Shown here: positions 34,664 to 44,346 of the stretch, in pieces
Layout of the letters: each line of letters starts with the position of its first letter
How positions within the stretch are numbered: the first letter of the stretch is position 1
Origin: an uncultured Eubacteriales bacterium
Lineage (GTDB): Bacteria; Bacillota; Clostridia; Oscillospirales; Oscillospiraceae
Direction of reading: 5' to 3'
NCBI GenBank assembly: GCA_900317905.1
Contig: ONIN01000009.1
Location: 97,133-161,132 of the forward strand
DNA length: 64,000 nucleotides
Translations under genes and position numbers: made by a program
The notes under the pieces: model-generated
What the model saw: the letters and a program-made list of their open reading frames with translations, nothing else
Databases searched by the model: none
What the model was told of the DNA's origin: nothing

Positions 34664-35403
34664 GGTATGGCCTCCAGTTCCGATAATGCAAAAAGATAAA
34701 CTGTGACATCCTCGGTCGTTTCACCCACAGACAGTGCCACAACCAAATCCCGCCCGAAGATATGGATACCGGCAGCGCCGCTGTCCCCGGGCTCTAAAGG
34801 CTCATCCGTCAGATCGATGGTTACGGTTTCACCGGTATTCAAATCGGTGAAGATCAGATCGCCGTTTTCATATACGACGGTGATGTCGGTCACCGCCTCC
34901 GGCATCTGTGGGGTCGGCAGATCCTCGGCGCCGGGATCAGACGAAGGCGGCTCCGAACTGCCTGCGCCGCCCAGCCACCACCAGTCCGTGGGGGATGGCT
35001 CCGGCTTCGGTTCATTGCTGCCGCCACTGCCATCGTTCTCCGGTGAGATCGCAGGGCCTTCCGTGATCGGCGCGGTGGTCTCCGTGGGAATCTGCGGCGC
35101 GGGGGTCTCGACCGCCTGCGGCGATTGGGTGGGAGTGACCGCCGCCGATGGAGTGGGTTCCGGCGTCAGCGTCTCCCGCGCCGTTGGGGTGGAGGTCGCA
35201 AGCGGCGCGGTGACGCCCTCGGGGGTGGGGCGAAGCTGGGTCACGAGGACAAGGATCAGCAGGCACGCAGCCGCCATGGGCAGCGCAAGGCGCAGGATCA
35301 GTGGCTTCGGTCTGGGTTTCTGCTCCAGATTGCAAAGCCGCACCATGCAGGCTTCCGAGGGGCGCTGGGCCTCGTAATAGGCATTCAGCCGTTCATTCGC
35401 CAT
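34660..35403 (-). CDS. membrane anti-sigma factor candidate
   Basis: Short cytoplasmic N-terminus, one TM (LALPMAAACLLILVLV), a Pro/Thr/Glu-rich linker and a small C-terminal domain. The start overlaps the sigma stop; alternative starts exist up to 35418. Confidence 0.65.
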   Translation of the reverse strand: MANERLNAYYEAQRPSEACMVRLCNLEQKPRPKPLILRLALPMAAACLLILVLVTQLRPTPEGVTAPLATSTPTARETLTPEPTPSAAVTPTQSPQAVETPAPQIPTETTAPITEGPAISPENDGSGGSNEPKPEPSPTDWWWLGGAGSSEPPSSDPGAEDLPTPQMPEAVTDITVVYENGDLIFTDLNTGETVTIDLTDEPLEPGDSGAAGIHIFGRDLVVALSVGETTEDVTVYLFALSELEAIP

Positions 35404-35866
35404 CCTCATCACCTCCAAGCAGGGTTTTCAGCGTCTGTCTCGCCCGGGTCAGGCGGGAGCGGACGGCGGCATCCGTCATGTGCAGGGTCTCGGCGATCTC
35501 CGCGCTGGAGCACTGCTCATAGTAGAACAGATACACCACGGCGCGGTCCTTGGGCTTCAGTTGGTTTAAGGCTGCCTCCAGCTCCGGATCGGGAGTGGGC
35601 TCCGGTTGGGAGGCGGCCTCCTCCAGGGGAAGCGTTCTTCTTCGCCAAGGGCTGCGGAGAATGTCTCTGCACTGGTTCGCCGTGACGGTTCTGAGCCACG
35701 CGCGCAGCTGATATTCCTCCGCAAAAACCGGTCTCTTCCGCAAAAATTTAAAAAAGACCTCCTGCAGCACATCCTCCGCGTCCTGCCGGCTGCCCAAAAA
35801 GCTGTAGGCCAGCCGGTAGAGCGAGGCGGAATACCGCTCTACGATTGTCTGAAATTCCAGATCCAT
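35393..35866 (-). CDS. ECF (sigma-70 group IV) RNA polymerase sigma factor
   Basis: 157 aa. Region 2 (DAEDVLQEVFFKF) and region 4 HTH (SSAEIAETLHMTDAAVRSRLTRAR). Confidence 0.9.
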   Translation of the reverse strand: MDLEFQTIVERYSASLYRLAYSFLGSRQDAEDVLQEVFFKFLRKRPVFAEEYQLRAWLRTVTANQCRDILRSPWRRRTLPLEEAASQPEPTPDPELEAALNQLKPKDRAVVYLFYYEQCSSAEIAETLHMTDAAVRSRLTRARQTLKTLLGGDEDGE

Positions 35867-36096
35867 GGTGGGTGTCTCCCGAAAGCTTTCTGTTTATATA
35901 ACGCTGAAGGAACGTGAAATGTTGCAGAACCGAATCAAAAATTCTGAATCCTCGTTAATGTTTCGTCAAATTGCACGATTTGAAACTTTTTTCCTCCGCA
36001 TTCTTGTAGAAATGGTTTACTTTCCGGCCGGTTTGTGCTTTAATAGGGGCAGAGGACCTGATAACATATCAGGGAAGCAATTAGGAGGTAATTACA

Positions 36097-37293
36097 ATGA
36101 TTCAGTTTGCAAGCAGAATGAATAACCTGAAGGGTTCTGCCATTCGTGCGCTGCTGGCGCTGGCGAACCGTCCGGAGGTTCTGTCCTTCGCCGGCGGCAT
36201 GCCCGCCCCGGAGCTCTTCCCCATCGACAAGATCAAGGCCGCCACCGACGCCGTTCTGGACGAGCAGGGCAAGGTCGCGCTGCAGTACTCCAGCACTGAC
36301 GGCTTCAAGCACTTCCGTGAGCAGATCGCTGCGCGTATGGAAGCCAAAAACGGCATCAAGACCAGCGCCGACAACATCCTCATCACTTCCGGCAGCCAGC
36401 AGGGTCTGGACTACTCCGCCCGCGTGTTCGTGGATCCCGGCGACGTCATCATCATCGAGAGCCCCAGCTATCTGGGCGCCCTGAACGCCTTCAAGGCCTG
36501 CGAGCCCAACTTCATCGCCATCCCCACTGACGACGACGGCATGATCATGGAGGAGCTGGAGAAAGTCCTCGCCACCACCGAGCGCGTGAAGATGATCTAC
36601 GTCATCCCCGACTTCCAGAACCCCTCCGGCCGCACCTGGCCGCTGGAGCGCCGCCAGAAGTTCATGGAGATCGTCAACAAGTACGAGATCCCCGTCATCG
36701 AGGACAACCCCTACGGCGAGCTCCGCTACGAGGGTGAGAACATGCCCGCGCTGAAGAGCATGGACACCAAGGGCCTCGTGGTCTTCCTCGGCACCTTCTC
36801 CAAGATCCTGGCCCCCGGCTATCGTCTGGGCTGGGTCTGCGCTGAGGGTGAGATCCTGAAGAAGTACAACTTCATGGCCCAGGCTGCCGCGCTGCAGGCC
36901 TCCACCGAGGCACAGCTGGTCGTCTCCAAGTTCATCGACATGTACGACCTCGACGAGCACGTCAACACCATCAAGGACTGCTATCGCAAGCGCCGCGACG
37001 TCATGGTGCAGACCATGGAGCGGGAGTTCCCGCCCGAGGCCAAGTTCACCCACCCCAACGGCGGTCTGTTCGCCTGGGTCGAGCTGCCCGACTACATCAA
37101 CACCAACGAGATGGCCAAGATCTGCATGGAGCGCAACGTGGCTTACGTTCCCGGTGACGGTTTCTTCCCCGATGAGGGCCACAACAACTGCATCCGCCTG
37201 AACTACAGCTGCATGTCCGAAGAGAAGATCGAAAAGGGCATGACCATCCTGGGTCAGGTCATGAAGGAAGAGATCGCCAAGCACAAGGGCTGA
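36097..37293 (+). CDS. PLP-dependent aminotransferase (class I/II fold, 2-aminoadipate/aromatic type)
   Basis: 398 aa with RBS AGGAGG. Blocks LSFAGGMPAPELFP and GTFSKILAPGYRLGW (the PLP lysine region). Confidence 0.88.
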   Translation: MIQFASRMNNLKGSAIRALLALANRPEVLSFAGGMPAPELFPIDKIKAATDAVLDEQGKVALQYSSTDGFKHFREQIAARMEAKNGIKTSADNILITSGSQQGLDYSARVFVDPGDVIIIESPSYLGALNAFKACEPNFIAIPTDDDGMIMEELEKVLATTERVKMIYVIPDFQNPSGRTWPLERRQKFMEIVNKYEIPVIEDNPYGELRYEGENMPALKSMDTKGLVVFLGTFSKILAPGYRLGWVCAEGEILKKYNFMAQAAALQASTEAQLVVSKFIDMYDLDEHVNTIKDCYRKRRDVMVQTMEREFPPEAKFTHPNGGLFAWVELPDYINTNEMAKICMERNVAYVPGDGFFPDEGHNNCIRLNYSCMSEEKIEKGMTILGQVMKEEIAKHKG

Positions 37294-37309
37294 TCCCGAA
37301 ATCTACTGC

Positions 37310-37341
37310 AAAAACCAGCTGCTGATGCAGCTGGTTTTTTT
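37310..37341. terminator. bidirectional terminator
   Basis: AAAAA-CCAGCTGC-TGAT-GCAGCTGG-TTTTTTT between convergent genes. Confidence 0.85.
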
Positions 37342-37344
37342 GCT

Positions 37345-38163
37345 TTATAGAATGTGTTCTTCGATGAATTTTGCCACGCCGTCGTTTTCGTTGGTGTCGG
37401 TGACGGCGTCGGCGTTTTCTTTGATCGGATCGGCGGCGTTGCCCATCACGACGCCGGTACCTGCGGCTCTGAGCATGGCGAGATCATTGGTGCTGTCACC
37501 GAAGGCGAAGGTGTCTTTTCGATCGACGCCCAGGTGATCCGCCAGAAACAGCAGCGCAAGACCCTTATCCGCGCCTCTGGCGTTCAGCTCCAGATTGTTG
37601 CGGAAGGAGGAGGTCACCACGATCTCCGGGAAGGCTTCCTCGATCTCCTTCCAGGCCGCTTCCCTTTCGTCCATGTTGCGGAAGCACAGCTGCACCTTCT
37701 GTACCGGTGCCTGTTTTTCTTTTAAGAATGCTTCGATGTCCTCGATGGGCTTGCGGGTCACCTGGATCAGCCGCACCACCTCTTCGTCGGAGTTGTAGTA
37801 GCGCAGATTCTCGAAGTAGGCCCGGTTCGTCCAACCGGTGTGGTTCCAGTAGACGTCCCGCATGCAGTCGTAGCGTTTGGCGAAGTCCAGCACCCCGAGG
37901 GCGGCGTCCAGTGGGATCTCGCAGCGGTACAGGATCTCTTCCGTCTGCTGATCGGAGACGCAGGCCCCGTTGATGCTGATGACATACCGGACGAAGGGCT
38001 GCTCCAGTACTTCCCTCGGCATGGCGTTCAGGGCTCTCCCGGTGGCGGGGACGATGAAGTGTCCCAGGTCCGCGGCCTTCTGCAGCGCCAGACGGTTTCG
38101 TTCGGAGATGTGCTTTTCGCTGTTTAAGAGGGTGCCGTCCAGATCCAGAGCCAGGATGCTCAA
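37345..38163 (-). CDS. Cof-type HAD-IIB phosphatase
   Basis: 272 aa; DLDGTLL and GDSTNDLAM motifs. Confidence 0.9.
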   Translation of the reverse strand: MSILALDLDGTLLNSEKHISERNRLALQKAADLGHFIVPATGRALNAMPREVLEQPFVRYVISINGACVSDQQTEEILYRCEIPLDAALGVLDFAKRYDCMRDVYWNHTGWTNRAYFENLRYYNSDEEVVRLIQVTRKPIEDIEAFLKEKQAPVQKVQLCFRNMDEREAAWKEIEEAFPEIVVTSSFRNNLELNARGADKGLALLFLADHLGVDRKDTFAFGDSTNDLAMLRAAGTGVVMGNAADPIKENADAVTDTNENDGVAKFIEEHIL

Positions 38164-38957
38164 TGCCAGCCCTCCCAGTGGTCATCATCGTCGCCCGCCT
38201 CGGTGTACTCCCCTTCGAAGATCGTCGGATCCGGCTTCGGCGGGATGCTCTCCCCGTTCAGGACGCGGTAGTAGTTGGCGTAGGTCAGCGCCTCGTAAGG
38301 CCAGAGCCAGATGGCGAAGGGCGAGAGCAGAAAGTGAAGGATCTCCCAGCCGAGGAAGCTCAGATCCAGAGTGAAGAGCTCCATTTTGTGATTCCGCATC
38401 ATCTCGGAGCTTTGCTGGATGCACTGCATGGGCGTGTAGTCCGGGTGATCCAGCAGCAGGTAAATGGCCTGCCGGTAGCGGTAGCTGGCCACGATGCCCG
38501 GCACGATCAGCAGCAGCGACCAGAGGAAGATGAAAACTCCCTCCAGCAGACTCAGCAGGATGACTCTCCCCATGACCGCGAAGCCGTCCAGGAGGTTGCC
38601 GTAGTCCGCCTGCTCCTCTCTTGTCACATGGAGGGCGTAGATGGTCTTGCCGGTGTTCACCATCAGCTGCATGATCGCCAGCGCAACAGCGATGACGCAT
38701 CCGAAGAAGGACGGGCTGTAATTCTGCAGCTGGCGGAGATACTGCGCCTGCAGATTCTCGATCACCGCCTGGACTTCCTCCGGGGTGGTCATGTTGGTGT
38801 TGCTGATCGTGAATCGGAAGTTCAGCCCCATGACGTTGGTGGACAGGCGCTGGAGAATGTAAATCAGCGCAAAGACGATCAGACCGATCACAATGGGATT
38901 CGGCTGATAGCGGCGCATGCGCTCTCTGGCGTCGCGCTTGAGCAGGGTACGATCCAT
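38160..38957 (-). CDS. DUF975 family membrane protein
   Basis: Start moved to MDRTLLKRDARE (AAGGAGGTG 9 nt upstream). Multi-TM with a DUF975-like N-terminus. Confidence 0.75.
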   Translation of the reverse strand: MDRTLLKRDARERMRRYQPNPIVIGLIVFALIYILQRLSTNVMGLNFRFTISNTNMTTPEEVQAVIENLQAQYLRQLQNYSPSFFGCVIAVALAIMQLMVNTGKTIYALHVTREEQADYGNLLDGFAVMGRVILLSLLEGVFIFLWSLLLIVPGIVASYRYRQAIYLLLDHPDYTPMQCIQQSSEMMRNHKMELFTLDLSFLGWEILHFLLSPFAIWLWPYEALTYANYYRVLNGESIPPKPDPTIFEGEYTEAGDDDDHWEGWH

Positions 38958-39129
38958 TGAGACCGCCACCTCCTTGTTTGGGTTCATCCTATGATTATAC
39001 CAGATGCGGTTTTGTTTTTCCACCCCCGATCTGAAAAAGAAGGCGAAAGCAGTAATTCTGCTTGAAGGTTCCGGGTTTCCATGATATAGTATTCGCGGAT
39101 TTTACAGGTTTTGAAGGGAGGGAACCCAC

Positions 39130-39699
39130 ATGAAGCAGGATACGGCGCTCAAGGCGCTGTTGATCTGTTCCGAGGATGAAACTGCAACGCGGGTTCTCGG
39201 CCTTCTGCCGGAAGAGATCTCCCCCATCCGCTGCAGAACCGCGCCGGAATCCATGCCGGTGCTGGAGCGCGGCGACGCGGAGCTGGTGATCGCCGTGGAG
39301 CCCTTCCATCAGGACGTGGACGGTCGCCTGCTGCCCACCCTTTTGAAAGAGGAGCGGATCTGTCTTCTGGTTTTGACAGAGACGGAGACGCCCATGCCCA
39401 TGCTGACAGAGCAGGGCGCGCTGGTGCTCCCCTGCTCGGCGCCGGATTTCCTGCTGCAGCAGGCGGTGCAGCTGCTGATCTCCACGCGGCGGAAGCTTCG
39501 GAAGCTGGAAAACCGCGCCGCGCAGCTGGAGGCCCATGTGGAGGAGGTGCGGCTCATCAACCGGGCGAAGCTCCTTCTGGTGCAGCAGCTGAAGATGACC
39601 GAGGCCGAGGCCCACCGCTACATCGAAAAGCAGGCCATGGACACCTGCCGCAAGCGCAGAGCCATCGCTGAGAACATCATCCGCACCTATGAGACCTGA
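39130..39699 (+). CDS. ANTAR-domain RNA-binding antiterminator with receiver-like N-terminus
   Basis: C-terminal ANTAR block: RLINRAKLLLVQQLKMTEAEAHRYIEKQAMDTCRKRRAIAENII. Confidence 0.85.
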   Translation: MKQDTALKALLICSEDETATRVLGLLPEEISPIRCRTAPESMPVLERGDAELVIAVEPFHQDVDGRLLPTLLKEERICLLVLTETETPMPMLTEQGALVLPCSAPDFLLQQAVQLLISTRRKLRKLENRAAQLEAHVEEVRLINRAKLLLVQQLKMTEAEAHRYIEKQAMDTCRKRRAIAENIIRTYET

Positions 39700-39840
39700 T
39701 TTTTCAAAAGTTTTCTGAGGAATTTTTAAATAAGTATTCCAATTTCAGCGGAATTGCGTTATACTGAAATTTGTTGAAATAATCAAATCCGTTTCCTGCC
39801 GCAGCTGCGGCGCGATGATTCAGAAAGGAACCGTACAGAC

Positions 39841-41274
39841 ATGCACGACACCTACACCAATCCCCTGTGCGCCCGTTACGCCGGAAAGCAGATGCAGAAG
39901 CTGTTCTCCGACGACACCAAGTTCACCACCTGGCGCAGACTCTGGATCGCCCTGGCCGAGAGCGAACGGGAGCTGGGACTCCCCATCACCCAGGAGCAGA
40001 TCGACGAGCTGAAGGCCCATGTGGACGACATCGATTACGAGTTCGCCGCCCAAAGAGAGCACGAGGTGCGCCATGACGTCATGGCCCATGTGCTGACCTA
40101 CGGTGAGAAGTGCCCCAACGCCAGAGGCATCATCCATCTGGGCGCCACCAGCTGCTATGTGGGCGACAACACCGACATTCTGCTGATGCGCGAGGGTCTG
40201 AAGCTGGTGCGCGGGATGCTGGTGAACGTGCTGTCCGCACTGGCGGATTTCGCAGAGCAGCACAAAGCCCTGCCGACCCTGGCCTACACCCACTTCCAGG
40301 CGGCCCAGCCCACCACCATGGGCAAGCGCTCCACCCTCTGGATGCAGGATCTGCTGATGGACCTGGAGCAGCTGAACTTCCAGCTGGAGAATCTCAGACT
40401 CCTGGGCTGCAAGGGCACCACCGGCACCGGAGCCAGCTTCCTGGCGCTGTTCGACGGCGACGCCGACAAGGTGGTGGAGCTGGAGAAAAAGATCTGTGAG
40501 AAGATGGACATGCCCGGCGCCTATCCGGTGAGCGGCCAGACCTACAGCCGCAAGGTGGACTATCAGGTGCTGCAGGTGCTCTCCGGCGTGGCCCAGAGCG
40601 CAGCGAAGTTCTCCAACGACATTCGACTTTTGAGCCACCTGAAAGTGGTGGACGAGCCCTTCGAGGCCGGGCAGATCGGCTCCAGCGCCATGGCCTATAA
40701 GCGAAACCCCATGCGCTCTGAGCGAATCGCGTCTCTGGCGAGATATGTGATGTGCGACCTGCAGAACACCGCCATCACCGCCGCCACTCAGTGGTTCGAG
40801 CGGACGCTGGACGACAGCGCCAACCGCCGGATCAGCATTCCCGAGGCCTTCCTCGCGGTGGACGGCATTTTGAATCTCTATCTCAACATCATCCGGGGCA
40901 TGACCGTCTATCCCAAGATGGCGGCGAAGCTCCTGAATGACGAGCTGCCCTTCATGGCCACCGAGAACATCCTCATGTACTGCGTGAAGGAAAAGGGCGG
41001 CGACCGGCAGACCCTCCACGAGGCCATCCGACAGCACAGCGTGGCCGCAGCCAAGGAGGTCAAATTAAACGGCAAGCCCAACGATCTCTTTGATCGGATC
41101 CTCGCTGACCCCGTCTTCTCCCTCACCAAAGAGGAGCTGGAGGCCGTCAGCGATCCCATGAAATTCACCGGCATGGCCCTGCAGCAGACGGAAACCTTCC
41201 TCCGCGAGCAGGTCCGACCGGTTCTGGATCAGTACGCCGACTGCCTGGGGCAGGAAGCCGTCGTGTCCGTATAA
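39841..41274 (+). CDS. purB: adenylosuccinate lyase
   Basis: 477 aa; fumarate-lyase signature SSAMAYKRNP and a PurB-type N-terminus. Confidence 0.95.
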   Translation: MHDTYTNPLCARYAGKQMQKLFSDDTKFTTWRRLWIALAESERELGLPITQEQIDELKAHVDDIDYEFAAQREHEVRHDVMAHVLTYGEKCPNARGIIHLGATSCYVGDNTDILLMREGLKLVRGMLVNVLSALADFAEQHKALPTLAYTHFQAAQPTTMGKRSTLWMQDLLMDLEQLNFQLENLRLLGCKGTTGTGASFLALFDGDADKVVELEKKICEKMDMPGAYPVSGQTYSRKVDYQVLQVLSGVAQSAAKFSNDIRLLSHLKVVDEPFEAGQIGSSAMAYKRNPMRSERIASLARYVMCDLQNTAITAATQWFERTLDDSANRRISIPEAFLAVDGILNLYLNIIRGMTVYPKMAAKLLNDELPFMATENILMYCVKEKGGDRQTLHEAIRQHSVAAAKEVKLNGKPNDLFDRILADPVFSLTKEELEAVSDPMKFTGMALQQTETFLREQVRPVLDQYADCLGQEAVVSV

Positions 41275-41292
41275 TTACAGGAGGAAAGCAAC

Positions 41293-42567
41293 ATGTTAAC
41301 ATCTATCGTAGGCATCAACTGGGGCGATGAGGGCAAGGGCCGCATGGTCGACCTCCTCAGTCAGAAGTACGATGTGGTCGTCCGCTATCAGGGCGGCAAC
41401 AACGCCGGTCACACCGTCATCAACGACAAGGGCAAGTTCGTTCTGAACCTGCTGCCCTCCGGCATTCTCAGAGATGAGACCGTAAACGTCATGGGCCCCG
41501 GCATGGTCATCGACACCGAGCACCTCTTCAACGAGATCGGCCGCATCCGCGACGGCGGCATCGAGGTCACGCCCCGGCATCTGAAGATCAGCGACAAGGC
41601 CTGCATCTGCATGCCCTATCACAAGCTGCTGGACTGTCTGGAGGAGGATCGTCTGGCCGACAAGAAGTTCGGCTCCACCAGACGCGGCATCTCCCCCGCC
41701 TATTCTGACAAATACATGAAGAAGTCCCTGCGCATGGGCGATCTGAAGGATCGGGACGCCCTGAAGTCGCGGCTGGCCGACATCATCGAGTGGAAGAACC
41801 TCTTCGTGGTCAACGGCTACGGTCATGAGCCCATCAGTCTCGACGAGATGATGGACTGGATCGACACCTACGCCATGCCCTTCAAGGACTACGTCTGCGA
41901 CACCACAGACTTCCTGCACGGCGCCATCGAGGACAACAAGTCCGTCCTCTTTGAGGCCCAGCTGGGCGCCCTGCGCGACATCGACTACGGCATCTATCCC
42001 TACACCTCCGGTTCCAGCACCATCGCTGCCTACGCCACCCTGGGCGCCGGCATCCCCGACACCAAGCTGGACAACGTCATCGGCATCATGAAGGCCTATT
42101 CCAGCTGCGTGGGCGAGGGCCCCTTCACCTGCGAGATGTTCGGCGAAGAGGCGGACGCGCTCCGTGAGGCCGGCGGTGAGTACGGCGCTGCCACCGGCAG
42201 ACCCCGCCGGGTGGGCGGCTTCGACGTGGTGGCCTCCAAGTACGGCGTGAAGATGCAGGGCTGCACCAGCCTGGCACTGACCAAGATGGACGTGCTGAGT
42301 TACATGGACAAGATCCCGGTCTGCGTGGCCTATGAGATCGACGGCGTGCGCACCGACCGCTTCCCCATCGGCGTGGAGCTGAACAAGGCCAAGCCCGTTT
42401 ACGAGTATCTCCCCGGCTTCCACTGCGACATCTCCAAGGCCAGAACGCTCAGCGATCTGCCCAAGGAAGCCATCGACTATGTCCGCTATCTGGAGGCGGC
42501 AGTCCACTGCCACATCCAGTACATCTCCGTGGGCGCTGACCGCGACGCCTACATCAAGGTGTATTAA
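41293..42567 (+). CDS. purA: adenylosuccinate synthase
   Basis: 424 aa; QWGDEGKGK-type P-loop (NWGDEGKGRMVD) and GTTRRGI-like STRRGISP. Confidence 0.95.
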   Translation: MLTSIVGINWGDEGKGRMVDLLSQKYDVVVRYQGGNNAGHTVINDKGKFVLNLLPSGILRDETVNVMGPGMVIDTEHLFNEIGRIRDGGIEVTPRHLKISDKACICMPYHKLLDCLEEDRLADKKFGSTRRGISPAYSDKYMKKSLRMGDLKDRDALKSRLADIIEWKNLFVVNGYGHEPISLDEMMDWIDTYAMPFKDYVCDTTDFLHGAIEDNKSVLFEAQLGALRDIDYGIYPYTSGSSTIAAYATLGAGIPDTKLDNVIGIMKAYSSCVGEGPFTCEMFGEEADALREAGGEYGAATGRPRRVGGFDVVASKYGVKMQGCTSLALTKMDVLSYMDKIPVCVAYEIDGVRTDRFPIGVELNKAKPVYEYLPGFHCDISKARTLSDLPKEAIDYVRYLEAAVHCHIQYISVGADRDAYIKVY

Positions 42568-42580
42568 ACATTTCTTTCAA

Positions 42581-42619
42581 TTAGAATCCCCTCGCTGCTT
42601 GCAGCGAGGGGATTCTAAT
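42581..42619. terminator. bidirectional terminator
   Basis: TTAGAATCCCCTCGCTGC / GCAGCGAGGGGATTCTAA long hairpin between convergent genes. Confidence 0.8.
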
Positions 42620-42630
42620 TGATTCTGCTT

Positions 42631-44337
42631 TTATGAGACCTTGATGCCGAAGATGCGCTGGCTCCGGTGGCCCACGACCACCATGTCGTTCACCATGACG
42701 GCGCTGGCCTCGATGTTGCCGTCCAGATCAATGCCGTCCAGCTTCTCGCCGGTCTTGCCGTCCAGCAGATACATATAGCCGCCGGAGGTGCAGTAGATCA
42801 GATAGCCCTTGCCGGATTCGGTGTAGAAATCCACGGGGCTGGACCAGGAGTAGATCACCGTGGGGAATTCCCAGACGGTCTCGCCGGTCTGTTTATCCAA
42901 GGCGGCCAGAATGCCGGCGCTGGCGGTGCTGCCGCCGGTGCGGGCCACCGGGACAAAGAGCAGATTCGAAAGCTCATTTTTTCCCAGCGCCATGGTGCCC
43001 TGGACGCCGCCGGAGACGCCAGACTGGGTCTCGCAGGTGTAGTCGTGCTGCCAGACGATCTCACCGCTGAGACCGTCGATCTTCCAGACCGGGATCACGG
43101 CGGTGGAGTTCTCCGCTGCCCGCCAGCCGGCGTGGAAGGAGGTGGAGATGTAGAGATACGGGTGGCCGTCCTCGGTCTCCAGCACCGGGGTGCAGTTGGT
43201 GTCGTCCAGCACATTCTGGACCCAGACCAGCTGCAGATTGTTCAGGTCCAGGCACATGAAGTTGCCGCCGTTGTCCGCCATGTAGAGGTAATGGCTCCAG
43301 CAGACGGGCGACGCCTCCACCCCCACCCAGAAGGCCGTGCCGGTGCGGACGCCGTTGTAGCGCCAGCGGATGGGCTCATTGGGGTACATGTTCAAAGTGC
43401 CCGCCGCCTCATCGTAGGCGGTGTTCAGCTTCACGATGTAAAGAAGGCCGTTTTCACCGGGATAGATCAGCTGGTCGGTCTCGGCGTCCACCAGCGGAGA
43501 GGCGTCATACATGGACCAGGTTCGGCTGGCGTAGCCGTCCGCCGCGCCGAAGGTGTACATCAGCGAGCCGTCCACCAGACTCACCACCAGAACCCTGCCG
43601 TCACCTTGCATGCTCTGATAGCCCGCGCCCACATAGAGGATCGGGATGCCTCTGGGATCCAGTGCCCCGGCGCCCTTGAAGGTGTAGCCCAAAAACAGCG
43701 GGTCGCGGGTGGCCTCGCCGGTCTCCAGCTCGAAGAAATAGACGAAGCCGTCCATGGTGGCGTAGATGACCTCGGTGAGGGTCTCCTTGTTCCGTGCCCA
43801 GTCGTACATATAGGTCATGATCTGCCGGGTCTCGTAGGGCCACTGGGCCACCAGCGGCTGACCCGTCCAGCCGCTCCCGGTCCAGACGTTGCCGTCCGGC
43901 GCCTGGAGGGCCGAGGTGATCTTCTCATAGACCTTGTTCAGCTTCCCTTCCGAAACATTGGCGGTGCCGATGCTGGCGCCGTTGCGGTAGTTGTTGCCGC
44001 GGAAGGTGGGGATGCCGGTGAGCTTGAAGTAGGAACCGGCGTCGTCAAAGCTGATGGGTTCCGCCATGGTGAAGCCCTCGGCGGCGGCCCCGTCCACGAT
44101 GACGGTCTGCTCGTTGATGAGATTCTGGGGCTCCGTGCCGGCCACCGCAGCGGCGGTGTAGTCCACCACCTCCGCGACCTCGGTATTCTCCGCATTGCTC
44201 ACGTGGGCGGCGGGCTTGGCGCCACGATATTTCACCTCCACCACGATCAGCACGATGCAGAGGGTGAACAGGGCGATGGCCTCGATGAGCTTCGAGACCG
44301 GAATGCCCAGCTTGATGTTGGATTTCGGCAGCTTCAT
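42631..44337 (-). CDS. membrane-anchored PQQ-like beta-propeller repeat protein
   Basis: 568 aa, single N-terminal TM (AIALFTLCIVLIVV). Repeated W/G-containing blades such as GEIVWQH, GETVWEF, LQLVWVQ. Confidence 0.75.
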   Translation of the reverse strand: MKLPKSNIKLGIPVSKLIEAIALFTLCIVLIVVEVKYRGAKPAAHVSNAENTEVAEVVDYTAAAVAGTEPQNLINEQTVIVDGAAAEGFTMAEPISFDDAGSYFKLTGIPTFRGNNYRNGASIGTANVSEGKLNKVYEKITSALQAPDGNVWTGSGWTGQPLVAQWPYETRQIMTYMYDWARNKETLTEVIYATMDGFVYFFELETGEATRDPLFLGYTFKGAGALDPRGIPILYVGAGYQSMQGDGRVLVVSLVDGSLMYTFGAADGYASRTWSMYDASPLVDAETDQLIYPGENGLLYIVKLNTAYDEAAGTLNMYPNEPIRWRYNGVRTGTAFWVGVEASPVCWSHYLYMADNGGNFMCLDLNNLQLVWVQNVLDDTNCTPVLETEDGHPYLYISTSFHAGWRAAENSTAVIPVWKIDGLSGEIVWQHDYTCETQSGVSGGVQGTMALGKNELSNLLFVPVARTGGSTASAGILAALDKQTGETVWEFPTVIYSWSSPVDFYTESGKGYLIYCTSGGYMYLLDGKTGEKLDGIDLDGNIEASAVMVNDMVVVGHRSQRIFGIKVS

Positions 44338-44346
44338 AAATCCTGA

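Noticed and set aside
39700-39840. Purine riboswitch or ANTAR target in the purB leader
   Set aside because: Only a short TTTCAG/CTGAAA hairpin and a GCCGC-AGCT-GCGGC hairpin without a U-run. There is no purine-aptamer three-way junction and no paired hexaloops.
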